A stretch of 64,000 nucleotides of DNA from Eledone cirrhosa (Eukaryota), in the NCBI GenBank assembly GCA_964016885.1, contig OZ024740.1:19158001-19222000 (forward strand), written 5' to 3'. This document shows, piece by piece, positions 1 through 10,181 of the stretch. Position numbers and translations under genes: made by a program. The notes below the pieces were generated by a model. The model was not told where the DNA came from. It was given only the letters and a program-made list of their open reading frames with translations, and searched no databases. How positions within the stretch are numbered: the first letter of the stretch is position 1; each line of letters begins with the position of its first letter.

Positions 1-1137
1 GCGTTCCTGGGAATGGGCCTCGACATACTAGTCCAAATGAGGCCCGAAAGAATAGCACAAATCCCGGATCGCATCTGGCTGGATGACCTTACCCCAATAG
101 ACATAATTGTAGAGGGGAGAAGACCAGCATGCTATTTATGCATGGAAAGGGGACACGTTAAGGCTAACTGCCCGAAACGTATCCCCCAAAAAGGACTATT
201 GCCCACACCCACCACAAACAGTACACCAGCACCACCCACCTCCAAAAATACACTAATACCACACACAGCAAACAAAATACAGACACCACCAACCACAAAC
301 ACAACACAAACATCACCACCACCAGCACCAAACACAAGCACGACACAAAAATCACCACCACCAACCACAACACAAACATCACCACCACCATTACCAACCA
401 CAAGCACGACACAAACATTACCACCACCACCACCACAAAACCCATTCCAAACAAATAATAAAAAAAACAGTAACAAATCTACCCCTCCCGCAAAAAAAAA
501 ACAACCACACAACACGTCCCTCCCACCTAGCGCTGAAGAGTTTCCCCCAACTTCTGAAGAAGAAGGAGGAGAAGCCTTCAGACAAGTTAAAAGAAAAAAA
601 AGAAAACACACACCCAGCACACCACAAATAACCCACACACAAACACCAACTCCAATCAAAAACACCCCACCCTCAACAAACAAAAATAAATCTGCGCCTC
701 CCCTCTCCGAAACATTGACAGCATCACAAAAAAAGACGTTGCAATACACATATATAAATAAAGAAAACAAAAAACTGGTTAAATTAATAAACAATAACCC
801 TATGGTGCAGACCGAAGGGCCAAACTTTATCTCAACAGAGAACTTCACCCATTTAAAAATGATAAAGGTCCCTCTGGACCTTTATCGTTCCTTAAAAGAA
901 CAATTTAGACGGGACGTGAGCCCCCCCTGTTTAAAACCGTTGAATCGCGTCCTCTTGAAAGATTTCCCCATAACCGCCCCTCTCCCTGACACAACTCCAA
1001 ATACCCCAACCCCACCACACACGTGTACCCCCACACCACCACAAAACATCCCTCCACCCAACACACCTGATGCCATGGAAATTACGCAACCCGGAGAGGT
1101 AAGTGCTTTTCTTTCTTCACTTTCAACACCAAAATAG
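1..1137 (+). CDS. LINE ORF1 protein (5'-partial): zinc knuckle, Pro/Thr-rich low-complexity tail, basic KRKKRK patch
   Basis: Frame is open from base 1. CYLCMERGHVKANC (CX2CX4HX4C) at 130-171. TAG stop at 1135-1137. Confidence 0.85.
   Translation, partial: AFLGMGLDILVQMRPERIAQIPDRIWLDDLTPIDIIVEGRRPACYLCMERGHVKANCPKRIPQKGLLPTPTTNSTPAPPTSKNTLIPHTANKIQTPPTTNTTQTSPPPAPNTSTTQKSPPPTTTQTSPPPLPTTSTTQTLPPPPPQNPFQTNNKKNSNKSTPPAKKKQPHNTSLPPSAEEFPPTSEEEGGEAFRQVKRKKRKHTPSTPQITHTQTPTPIKNTPPSTNKNKSAPPLSETLTASQKKTLQYTYINKENKKLVKLINNNPMVQTEGPNFISTENFTHLKMIKVPLDLYRSLKEQFRRDVSPPCLKPLNRVLLKDFPITAPLPDTTPNTPTPPHTCTPTPPQNIPPPNTPDAMEITQPGEVSAFLSSLSTPK
285..435 (+). repeat. Degenerate in-frame tandem repeat within ORF1 (TTQ[TK]SPPP-like units)
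   Basis: Recurring acacaaacatcaccaccacc and cacaagcacgacacaaa blocks, about 4 units. Confidence 0.7.
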
Positions 1138-1142
1138 ATCAA

Positions 1143-4100
1143 TTGAGAGTTGGCTGTTTGAACGCGCGTGGCCTGAGCTCAGCTTGGAAGCAAGCAAAGC
1201 TTCTAAGTGACCTCAGGTCACAAAGTATAGATGTGATGGTTGTTTGCGAGAGTCGGATCAGCAGCGTGAGACAGCTGGCGCCCGCCTTCGATGACTTTGA
1301 GATGCACGCATCTCTCTGTCAACCCGGAGGCGGGGGGGGGGGGGAGTTGCCGTACTGCTGGATAAACGTCTAACTCTCGACGTACAGATTGTTCACTCGG
1401 ACCCGGGGGGTCGATTACTGGTGCTGGACGTCGGAGGTGGTGAAGGCGGGGCTTTCAGACTGGTCGGTCTTTATGCTCCCTTCGGGGCGGAGAGAGCCGA
1501 CTTCTTCCAACGTCTGGAGACTTTTCTAGGAACGTCGCGTTCCCTGCTTTTAGTGGGGGACTGGAATGGAATCCTAGATGCGCGTTGGGACTATGCAGGG
1601 GCATGTCCCGATAGAGGGGGGTGTAGCAGCCTCAAGGGGTTACTCGATCGATTCGACCTGGTCGATAGATTTCGACTAGATTGTCCAACTGCGCCAACCT
1701 GGACCTGGGCAAACCGCAGTGGACAATCTAGATCGTACCTAGATAGGTTTTTGGTTAGGAGTAAGGATAGGGACGTATTTAGTTGTCCAGAACTGATCAT
1801 GGTTGGCTATTCAGATCACAAATTAGTGACCTGCGTGGTCAACCTTGATAGAACGCATAGACAGGGTCCCGGTTACTGGAAGATGAACTTGTCCTTACCG
1901 ACAAAGAAAGATTACAGAAACCGGATTAGTAGCTTAGTTAAGATGCGGTTGACGGGAGCGATCGTCAACAGTAGGTGGTGGATATCTCTAAAGAGAGAGA
2001 TTAGAGTAAGTTCGATAGGTTACAGTAAGGAACTAGCGGCGAATAGAAATAGGAGGGAAAGGGAGTTAACAGATAAACTAGAAGAGGCGATTAGGAGCGG
2101 AGACGTAGCCAGAGTGTTAGCGACGAGAACGGCATTGAGCCAGTTCTTTGACGCGAAGCACGAAGGCTGCGTTGTCCGAAGTAAAATACGTGCTTTAGGA
2201 AACGAGGGGACCAAAGCTGTTAGCTGGGCCCGCGTGACAGAAGCCAAGAGTGGGATTAAATCCACCATTCGGTCTTTGCGAGACCAGGATGGACGGGTGA
2301 TCCTTGAACCTGAGCGAATGTGCGAGACCTTTCAAAGGCACTTTGCTCGACTGTTCGGAGGTGGCGGGGGGCCGGACGGGGATGTGGACTTCGGTCCATA
2401 CCTCGACGGTCTACCGCGTCTTTCGAGCGGCGAAGCGGAGTGCTGCGAAGGGCCAATCACAGCCACTGAAATCGGGGAAGCGCTCAGCCAATGCAGCAGA
2501 CGCAAATCCCCGGGTCTCGATGGTCTACCATACGAACTTTATTTAGCTATGCCGGTCTTGTTCTCCGAACTCCTCGAGGCTGTCTATTGCAACTGGCAAC
2601 AGAACGGGAGAATTCCCTGTTCTGTGACCAAGGGCGTGGTCACGCTAGTGAGGAAGGACGAGAGCAAGGGGGACGACTTAAGTAACTTTAGGCCCATAAC
2701 TCTGCTGAATGCAGAGTTACAGATTTTGGCCAAGGTGTTGGCGAAGAGGTTGGCGCTTGTGGTGGGTGGTTTGGTGGGAGACGCGCAGACATGCGCTATC
2801 CCGTCCAGGTCCATTCACGACAACCTCCACCTCATGCGATACATCATAGAGAGGGTTGGCTACGAACCCGGCTTTGGTGGGGCCCTGATCAACTTGGATC
2901 AATCTAAGGCGTTCGATAGGGTCGACCATGGTTACCTGGATGCGGTGCTAGCGGCGGCGGGCTTCGGACCCGTTTTCAGGGGCTGGATTTCTGCCATGCA
3001 CAGTGGCAACATCTACTCTAGGATTAAAGTAAACGGCTACCTCTCGGAGCCGTTTCAAATCACCCGATCCATCAGACAGGGGTGCCCCCTCTCCTCCCTT
3101 CTGTACGTATTGACTCTCGAGCCACTGCTGCGGAAGTTGGAGTTGCTGCGGGGCATACCCCTGGAACCGGGATTGCACAAAGCGGTCTCGGCCTATGCCG
3201 ACGACGTAACAGTAATGGTGGCGGACGCCTCGGAAATCGGGGCGATCGCCACCCTACTGGAGGAATACGAAAGGCTGACGGGGGCTAAGCTGAACCAGGA
3301 CAAGTCAGTCGGTTTGCAACTCGGAACGTGGAGGGGCAAACCGATGCCGTTAGACGGTGTCGTCGGGCGGTGGACGGAGGGCCCGGTGAAGCTGCTCGGG
3401 GTCTGGTTCGGACCGGACCTCCAGGTGGAGAAGAATTGGGGCGAGGTGACGAGCAGGGTGTTTGCGCTGACCCAGAAGTGGGCCAAGTGCAAACTATCAC
3501 TGAAAGGTCGGGCGGAGGTGACGAACGCTTACATAGCGTCCGTCATCTACTACCGCCTGACCGTCGTGCCTTGCCCCAAGGAAAAGCTCACCATCATGGA
3601 ACGCATGCTCTTCCAGTTCCTCTGGAAGAAGCGGCCTCCCATGGTGAGGAGATCCATCTGCTGCCAGCACCCTTCGAAAGGAGGGCTGGGTATGCCGTGG
3701 CTGTTGATGCGTAGGCACGCATTGAGGCTACGGCATCTACAGGTATTCCTCAACGGTCAGCCGGTGTGGGCCCCGTTTGTGAGGCGAGCCTTCCCACAGC
3801 TCGTCTCGCTCACCGAACTGCAATCCTGGGTGAAGCAAAGACCGAGAAAACTGGGCAACTGGCACACTGAGTGTGCCCAGGCGCTCACGGCTATCTGGCA
3901 AGCGGACCCGACTGTCAGTGGAGAATCCACCTCGACATTCTATAGAGGGTTGGTGGCTAGCAGGGGCGACGACACCCTTGGAGAGTCGCTAGGCATGGAG
4001 GAGGACGAACTGGCCAGCCTGTTCGGTAGAACTTTCGGCCCGGGACCCATGGACAACTTCCAGAGGTCCCTAGCCTGGCAGTGTTACCGGGGGGCTCTGC

Positions 4101-4576
4101 CCGTTCGAGAAAAGCTCTACAGACACGGGCGCCCGGGCAGGGATCCCGCGAAAAAGATCTGTCCCAGATGCGTGCGCGACGAGGAAACCGTTGCGCATGC
4201 ACTGGTACACTGCCCGGGCGTTGCCGATCTGTGGGGCTACGTCGAACGACTGCTGTCGCGTGTGGCGCCGATTCGATTAACCGCCGAGTCTGTGCTGAAC
4301 ATCAAGCCTCCTCCTCCCTTCAGAAATGAAGCAGAGGCGGTCTTTCTGTGCGTAATAGCCATGATGAAAGAGGTTGTGTGGTGGACGCGCCTGAAAGGTC
4401 TGAGGTCGGGTGACTTTCTCTCCGGCCATCACCTGGTTTACTTCTTCCGATACCACTTCGGAAGAAGAATCAGGATGGAGAGAGAAGTGCTTGGTCCCAG
4501 ACAGTTTTATGAAAGGTGGGTGAAAGAAGCGAGAATGGCCCGTGTAAATGGGCCTTCTCTCTACATTGTTCTGTAG
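1143..4576 (+). pseudogene. LINE ORF2 (APE endonuclease-reverse transcriptase-CCHC) with a single frameshift at the G13 run 1332-1344
   Basis: APE motifs: LNARGL in the 1143 frame, then GVAVLL, YAP, GDWN, SYLDRFL and SDH in the 1421 frame. RT motifs: KSPGLDG, FRPITLLN, LDQSKAFDRVDH, RQGCPLS, YADD (3194-3205). CPRC-x8-H-x4-C at 4160-4213. No internal stops after the shift. Confidence 0.9.
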
Positions 4577-4794
4577 GTGAAGAAGTGAAGAGGAAAGGGG
4601 GAGCGCCTCCTCTCTGGGCTTCCCCCGCGAAAAGAGTTGCACACTTTTCGGGGGTATGTGCAATCCCCAACACGCCCCCTCCCTTTTGAGGACTTTTTAT
4701 TGTTATATTATTATTGTTATTCCTTTTTTCTTTACTCGACTTATGTAAACTCCCCCACTGTGTAAATGTCCCCTTCTTTTGTGCCCTCGTGGCA

Positions 4795-4800
4795 AATAAA
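4795..4800 (+). promoter_or_regulatory. Polyadenylation signal of the LINE
   Basis: AATAAA located 8 nt before the simple-repeat tail. Confidence 0.6.
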
Positions 4801-4808
4801 TAGAAATT

Positions 4809-4820
4809 TATCTATCTATA

Positions 4821-4915
<95 letters not shown>
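4809..4915. repeat. (TATC)n followed by (TA)n microsatellite
   Basis: Read directly from the sequence. Confidence 0.97.
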
Positions 4916-4917
<2 letters not shown>

Positions 4918-5059
4918 AGCGGGTGTAACTTGGAGTTACTGTAGGTACACTCGGGAGAGCACTCGATGTTTAGGTTCACTTCAGTGTCGAGGTGTAGAGC
5001 TATATAGACTGTAATATATTGAAAGGATAACAAGGACGATTGGATACTCCTTCATTACA

Positions 5060-5125
5060 TTTATTGGTAGGTGACGTGCGTTTCGCCACTGATCAGCTCA
5101 AGGTTCGATCTGTATCGATCCTACC
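5060..5125 (-). ncRNA. Decayed hammerhead-ribozyme-like relic
   Basis: Minus strand reads ggtagg...ctgatcagtggc GAAAC gcac GTC a cctacc AATAAA. The 3' half of the core and helix I complementarity are present; CUGANGA is not intact. Confidence 0.35.
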
Positions 5126-5298
5126 CGACACAATGATCGGCAACTGCATTGATGATGATTATGATGATAAGCAAAAGGGATATTCAATTTGTTGGTAATT
5201 CAACAATTATAAATGTTTATAACTGATTCAGAGCACTCGACAGTTTTCTGGAGCAAACTATATTTATAAAACCATATTTATTCTATTATATATATTTC

Positions 5299-5480
5299 GG
5301 TGGATTGGCAGTATCGGTAGAGAGTCGGACACCATGTTTTGCAGCATAGAGTTGCGTCCCTTTATGATCTGAGTTCAAATCCCGCCGAGGTTAACTTTGC
5401 TTTCATCCTTACGGGGTCGATAAAATAAAGTACCAGTAATGGACTGGGTATTTGCTGCCCTTGTGTCAAAAGTAGAAATA
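5299..5480 (+). mobile_element. tRNA-derived SINE with 14-bp target-site duplication
   Basis: A-box-like TGGCAGTATCGG, B-box GAGTTCAAATCC, body tttcatccttacggggtcgataaaataaagtaccagt. TSD attatatatatttc (5285-5298) / attacatatatttc (5481-5494). Confidence 0.88.
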
Positions 5481-5534
5481 ATTACATATATTTCAAGGGA
5501 CCAAAACTTTGGTACGCTTTCATCAGATAAAATA
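5481..5534 (-). ncRNA. Type I hammerhead motif, intact CUGAUGA core; 3' strand of helix I displaced by the SINE
   Basis: Minus strand: tattttat CTGATGA aagcgtaccaaa gt tttggtccctt GAAA tatatg TA. The matching atagaata strand sits beyond the SINE at 5279-5286. Confidence 0.7.
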
Positions 5535-5689
5535 CAAAGTTTCTTTTATAAATTTTGACATAGCCAAGGAGAATATACCTTAACGGTTCAAGTTTTCCTT
5601 GGATAGGAAAAGTTTTCCTATCCAAGGAAACCTTGAATCGTTAAGGTATATTCTCCTTGGTTATATCAACATTTATGAAACAAACTTTG

Positions 5690-5750
5690 TATTTTATCTG
5701 GTGAAAGCGTACCAAAGTTTTGGTACCCTTGAAATATATATAATAGAATA
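5690..5750 (+). ncRNA. Type I hammerhead motif (core A6 mutated to G)
   Basis: tattttat CTGGTGA aag-c-gtaccaaa gt tttggtac-c-ctt GAAA tatata TA atagaata; AATAAA at 5747-5752. Confidence 0.7.
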
Positions 5751-5788
5751 AATATGGTTTATAAATATAGTTTCCATTTATTTAATAT

Positions 5789-5990
<202 letters not shown>

Positions 5991-6292
5991 TAGTTTATCA
6001 CCGAGACTTTAGTATTCAGGGTAGTGCACTCGACACACACACGCATATTTGTATGTTTGTGTGTGGCGGGGGGGAGAGTATTTGGGTGCGTGCGTGTTGA
6101 TGTATATATATATGTCACTACTCTAAAACAATAGCATAAGGTCTTCGAAATGCTTTTAATTAAGCATACAGTGTATTGCAAAATACACTGTATATACATT
6201 CATATATATACATACACGAATATATATGTTTTGCACAAATCTTGATATTGGCAACATGACAATCCACAAATATAACAATATGTATGTACGTT

Positions 6293-6356
<64 letters not shown>

Positions 6357-6387
6357 CGTATATATATATAATATATATATATATATT
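6293..6387. repeat. Compound (TG)n/(TA)n microsatellite
   Basis: Read directly from the sequence. Confidence 0.95.
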
Positions 6388-6529
6388 GAGTTTATGTTGG
6401 TTGTATACCAACACCTCAGTATGCAGGCTGGAGCACTGGACGAAGTGCGCAGGTTGGTTTGGTTACTCCGGAGTAATGTAAAATAAAGTTAAATAAAAGT
6501 CAAATGATTAAAATTTAGCTTCGTTTATT

Positions 6530-6584
6530 ACTGCTATATATATTACGGTGACAGCCATCTTTGGCTGTGACCTCTTCAGGCAGT
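6530..6584 (-). ncRNA. Type I hammerhead motif (GAAA mutated to GTAA)
   Basis: Minus strand: actgc CTGAAGA ggt-c-acagcca aaga tggctgt-c-acc GTAA tatata TA gcagt aataaa. Confidence 0.7.
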
Positions 6585-6753
6585 CAGAATTAGTATGGTA
6601 TAGACAAGTACATATGTTGTTTAGGTGTATAATATTGTCAATACTCTGATATGCCCAGTTCCTTGTTGGGTTGTAGGAACTGGGCATATCAGAGTATTGA
6701 CAATATTATACACCTAAACAACATATGTACTTGTCTATACCATACTAATTCAA

Positions 6754-6808
6754 ACTGCCTGAAGAGGTCACAGCCAAAGATGGCTGTCACTGAAATATAT
6801 ATAGCAGT
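6754..6808 (+). ncRNA. Type I minimal hammerhead ribozyme, core intact; predicted cleavage after 6803
   Basis: Helix I actgc/gcagt; CTGAAGA 6759-6765; helix II ggt-c-acagcca/tggctgt-c-act; GAAA 6792-6795; palindromic tatata; UA cleavage site; AATAAA 6809-6814. Confidence 0.8.
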
Positions 6809-6852
6809 AATAAACGAAGCTAAATTTTAATCATTTGACTTTTATTTAACTT

Positions 6853-6988
<136 letters not shown>

Positions 6989-7364
6989 TAAGAGTGTGAA
7001 ATGAAATTTCGCTTCATTTTTTAAATATATATATATATAATAAATTGAAGTGAAAGCAACTGGTGCGTGTGTTTCTTATTGGCAACATGACCCTCCCAAA
7101 GCATAACAATATCGGTTTCAACACACGTTTTCAGATAAAGAATCTTGCTAAATAAATTCAGAAACGAAATATATGTAATATATATTTGTGAAATGGGCGG
7201 TTGTTGAAATTCAGATGTGCACGGTTAAATGGTAGTAGACGTGGTCGGACGGACATGAAAATTTACACACCTATGTAAAAAGTACCAAGGAAGCAAATAG
7301 ATGAGGTTTCAAACCTCTAACTTGAAAAATGTGGTTCCTGGGGCCCCAAAACTATCGCGTTCGG

Positions 7365-8515
7365 TGAGTTATTTCCCCGTGTTCTAATACTTTTGTCTTA
7401 TTTACAATTTCAATCAACGTTCTTTCGCTGTTAACATACAGTACCAATAATTTGAAAAATATTATTGAAAGTTTATTATAAAGAAGCAGTTTCAGGAAAA
7501 AAAATAGAAATATGCACTTGGGACTGGACGGCGTACAATGAGAAGTGGAGCGACGTGCTAAAGCGTTGTTTATTAACAGCGAAATAGCAATGTCGATGAT
7601 ATGCAAGTTTAAAATGCAGATTAATAAACTGTTGCCTTCTACAGTACGTTTCATTTTCATTTTTCAATTAGAGTTGCTGTATATTAAATTTAAATACTTC
7701 TATAACGATCATACAGTACCGTAAATAAAACCCTTACATTGCGAACCCCATGTTCTAATACTGGGGTTAGTTATTTCCCCCTCTTCTAATAAACGTCAAA
7801 TTGAGTTATTTCCCCCTGTTCTACTACTTTCAATATTCATTGTCTTAATTACAATTTCATACAAATTTTTAAACTCATCAATTTATTTCGCTGCGTTCTT
7901 TCGCGGCGTCTTTCGCTGTTAACATACAGTACCATTTTACGAAATGCCAATCCGAAAACGGTCACTGTTTTCCATCAAAAGATATAAAACGCTTAAAATG
8001 CGAAGAAGGGAATCATGTTCTCAAGTACGTTTTTTCAGATATCATTTTCATTTTATTTCTAATACATGTTAACCACCACTAACAGTAAGTAGTATTTTTC
8101 GAATCATTGTCTTATTTAAAATAACATATCAAAGACAACGTTATTTCGCTGTTAATAAACTTTTGGCTACTACAGTACGTTTCATTTTCATTTTTAAAAT
8201 ACAATTGCTCTATATTAAATTTAAATAATTCTATAACGATTCTACAGTAGAATTTTACGAAATGCCAAAACGAAAAATGTAACTGATTTCTAACAAAAGA
8301 AATAAAACCCTTACATTGCGAACCCCCTGTTCTAATACTGGGGTTAGTTATTTCCCCCTCTTCTAATAAATATCTAATATATAGAGGACCCTCTTGCTGA
8401 CCAGAGCAATCAAAGTGTAAACTATCATGCAGTACCGTTAAATGAAATCAATTCTGCAGTACCATTTTACGAAATGCCAAACCGAAAACAGTCACTGTTT
8501 TCCATAAAAAGATTT
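7365..8515. repeat. Diverged mosaic of duplicated modules (unclassified non-autonomous element interior)
   Basis: agttatttcccc..ttcta occurs 4 times (~7367, 7769, 7804, 8346). 7640-7793 matches 8171-8370. cagtaccattttacgaaatgccaa occurs at ~7927 and ~8457, with a variant at ~8245. Confidence 0.75.
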
Positions 8516-8730
8516 ATCAGCAGACTTTGATTATAAACTTTTTCCCGCTGGACCAAATTTCTAGATTTTTAAGCCAAATGATGCGTAATGATCTACTGTT
8601 CATGCTCATATAAGTTTTATCTCAGTTAAATAAAGTAGAGCCGCGCTGTACTGTCGTAAACAGACGATTGCCAACGAAAACACGACCACAACAATATTAC
8701 TAATAACTATACACAACGCTAATGTGTATC

Positions 8731-8785
8731 TGTTAGAACACGAAAAGTGTGAAACAACAGAATGTTCACTTTTCGTGTTCTAACA
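8731..8785. repeat. 19-bp perfect inverted repeat with 17-nt loop
   Basis: tgttagaacacgaaaagtg (8731-8749) / cacttttcgtgttctaaca (8767-8785). Confidence 0.85.
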
Positions 8786-9725
8786 TATATGCGTAGCTTC
8801 TTAAAAAAATGTTCAGGGATAGCCGTGGTGGTGGTGATCGTATGTCATTGGCTAATTTTCAACCAATCAGAGTACCTCTCTCTATATCTCTTCCACTGTT
8901 ACTTACGCCTGTTTCTCTCTATCTGTTCCGTCTCTATATATATCTCTTACTCTTTCGCTTTGCACTCCTCCCCTTCAATACCATCTCTCCCCCTCTCTAT
9001 ATATTTGTTACTCTATCGCTGCACGCTCCTCTCCTTCAATATATCAATTACACACGCTTTACACTCCTTTATCCCCAGCGCCCCTATATATACACCCCCC
9101 CCCCCTCTCCCGCATCTATATTTTAATGTACCGTTGCACCGTGAATATATGTGTCTATATATATATACATATATATTGTATATACACATTCATGTATGTG
9201 TATACACACTCATGTATGTATATACACTGGTTTTATGTGTGTATTGTAAATTTGTACTGTTAAAACACGAAACTAACATTCGATTGACACTTTGATTACC
9301 TGTACAGGCAATAGTTATTAGAATGCTGTTGAAGTGTGTATATATTTTTGGGGGACATCCTGTATATACACACATTATATATAATACAATAAACAGATAA
9401 ATACACACATATATATATGAGCTTATTTAATTATAAATATTGTGAATTTTTAACTCAGTTCAATTATATATATAAATGGTTTCTACAGGACTAGAACTGT
9501 TTCATTCGAAAGAAATCATCATAATATTGAGAGGGGGGACTAGATAAAATATTTCAAATCAAATGTGTATAAGTTATAAGTTAAAATGTATAAATAGAGA
9601 CGATAGTGGAGGTATATCTGTTTAGTGGAACAGTAGACGATAGAATTAAATACAGACGATAATCTCCCTTTAATGAAACAGCAGACGATAGAATTAAGGC
9701 AATTTAAATTTTAAGCATTTGCATT

Positions 9726-9777
9726 TTTGCCTTTCATCGTTACGGGGTCGATAAAATAAAGTACCAGTAATACACTG
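9726..9777 (+). mobile_element. SINE fragment (central body)
   Basis: tttgcctttcatcgttacggggtcgataaaataaagtaccagtaatacactg matches the other copies. Confidence 0.85.
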
Positions 9778-10146
9778 TCACTAGACGACTTTCAAATTGA
9801 ATTGTTGGTTCCATTTCTTTAGTATTTTCAATTGTAGTTATCTACTTAAAAAGCGTTACACGGTTAGAGACATAATTCGTAAGTTATATCTTCCCTATTA
9901 AACCATTGCATTATTTCGCCTACAATAGAACAAAAATGAAATGTTCTTTAAAGAAACAGGAATATAACTTTATAAAAAAAAAAGTTGCATCCGCTTCTTT
10001 TATCATTGATAATTTTTTCGTTTTAATATTAATTGTTTTTTGTAGTTGTTTATATTAAAAATCTTACTGTAATATTTACTTAAACGAAGGCAAACATCTA
10101 AACTTATAGATTAATCTTGAGCGAAGGACTAGATAAATCTCTCTCC

Positions 10147-10181
<35 letters not shown>

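Larger units (their letters stand above)
1..4808 (+). mobile_element. Non-LTR retrotransposon (LINE), Tx1/L1 group; 5' end lies outside the window
   Basis: Two-ORF layout: gag-like CCHC ORF1, then APE endonuclease + RT + C-terminal CCHC ORF2. A ~230-bp 3'UTR has AATAAA at 4795-4800 and runs directly into a microsatellite. GC content is visibly higher than in the flanks. Confidence 0.93.
5255..5773. mobile_element. Fold-back palindrome 1 (arms ~160 bp, centre 5612), probably an inverted Penelope-like pseudo-LTR; left arm interrupted by a SINE
   Basis: 5486-5611 is the imperfect reverse complement of 5613-5739, and 5255-5298 of 5731-5773. Both arms contain a hammerhead motif. Confidence 0.8.

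Noticed and set aside
200-440. Similarity of ORF1 ACC/ACA-rich repeats to the satellite monomer
   Set aside because: The resemblance is compositional only; CTTACC is absent and the periodicity differs.
132-1142. Hydrophobic antisense ORFs opposite ORF1, and small alternative-frame ORFs in ORF2
   Set aside because: They are shadows of C/A-rich or GC-rich coding sequence and have no recognisable motifs.
1097-1149. AG|GTAAGT donor + pyrimidine tract + TAG as an intron fusing ORF1 to ORF2
   Set aside because: The intron would be only 39 nt and keeps the ORF1 frame, reaching TGA two codons later. The AGs ending at 1147 and 1149 also do not give the ORF2 frame.
8762-9408. 177-aa and overlapping ORFs
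   Set aside because: Low-complexity CT/TA-rich sequence with no domain signal.
9597-9697. Four short agacgata-containing repeats
   Set aside because: Too short and irregular to assign; likely local slippage.
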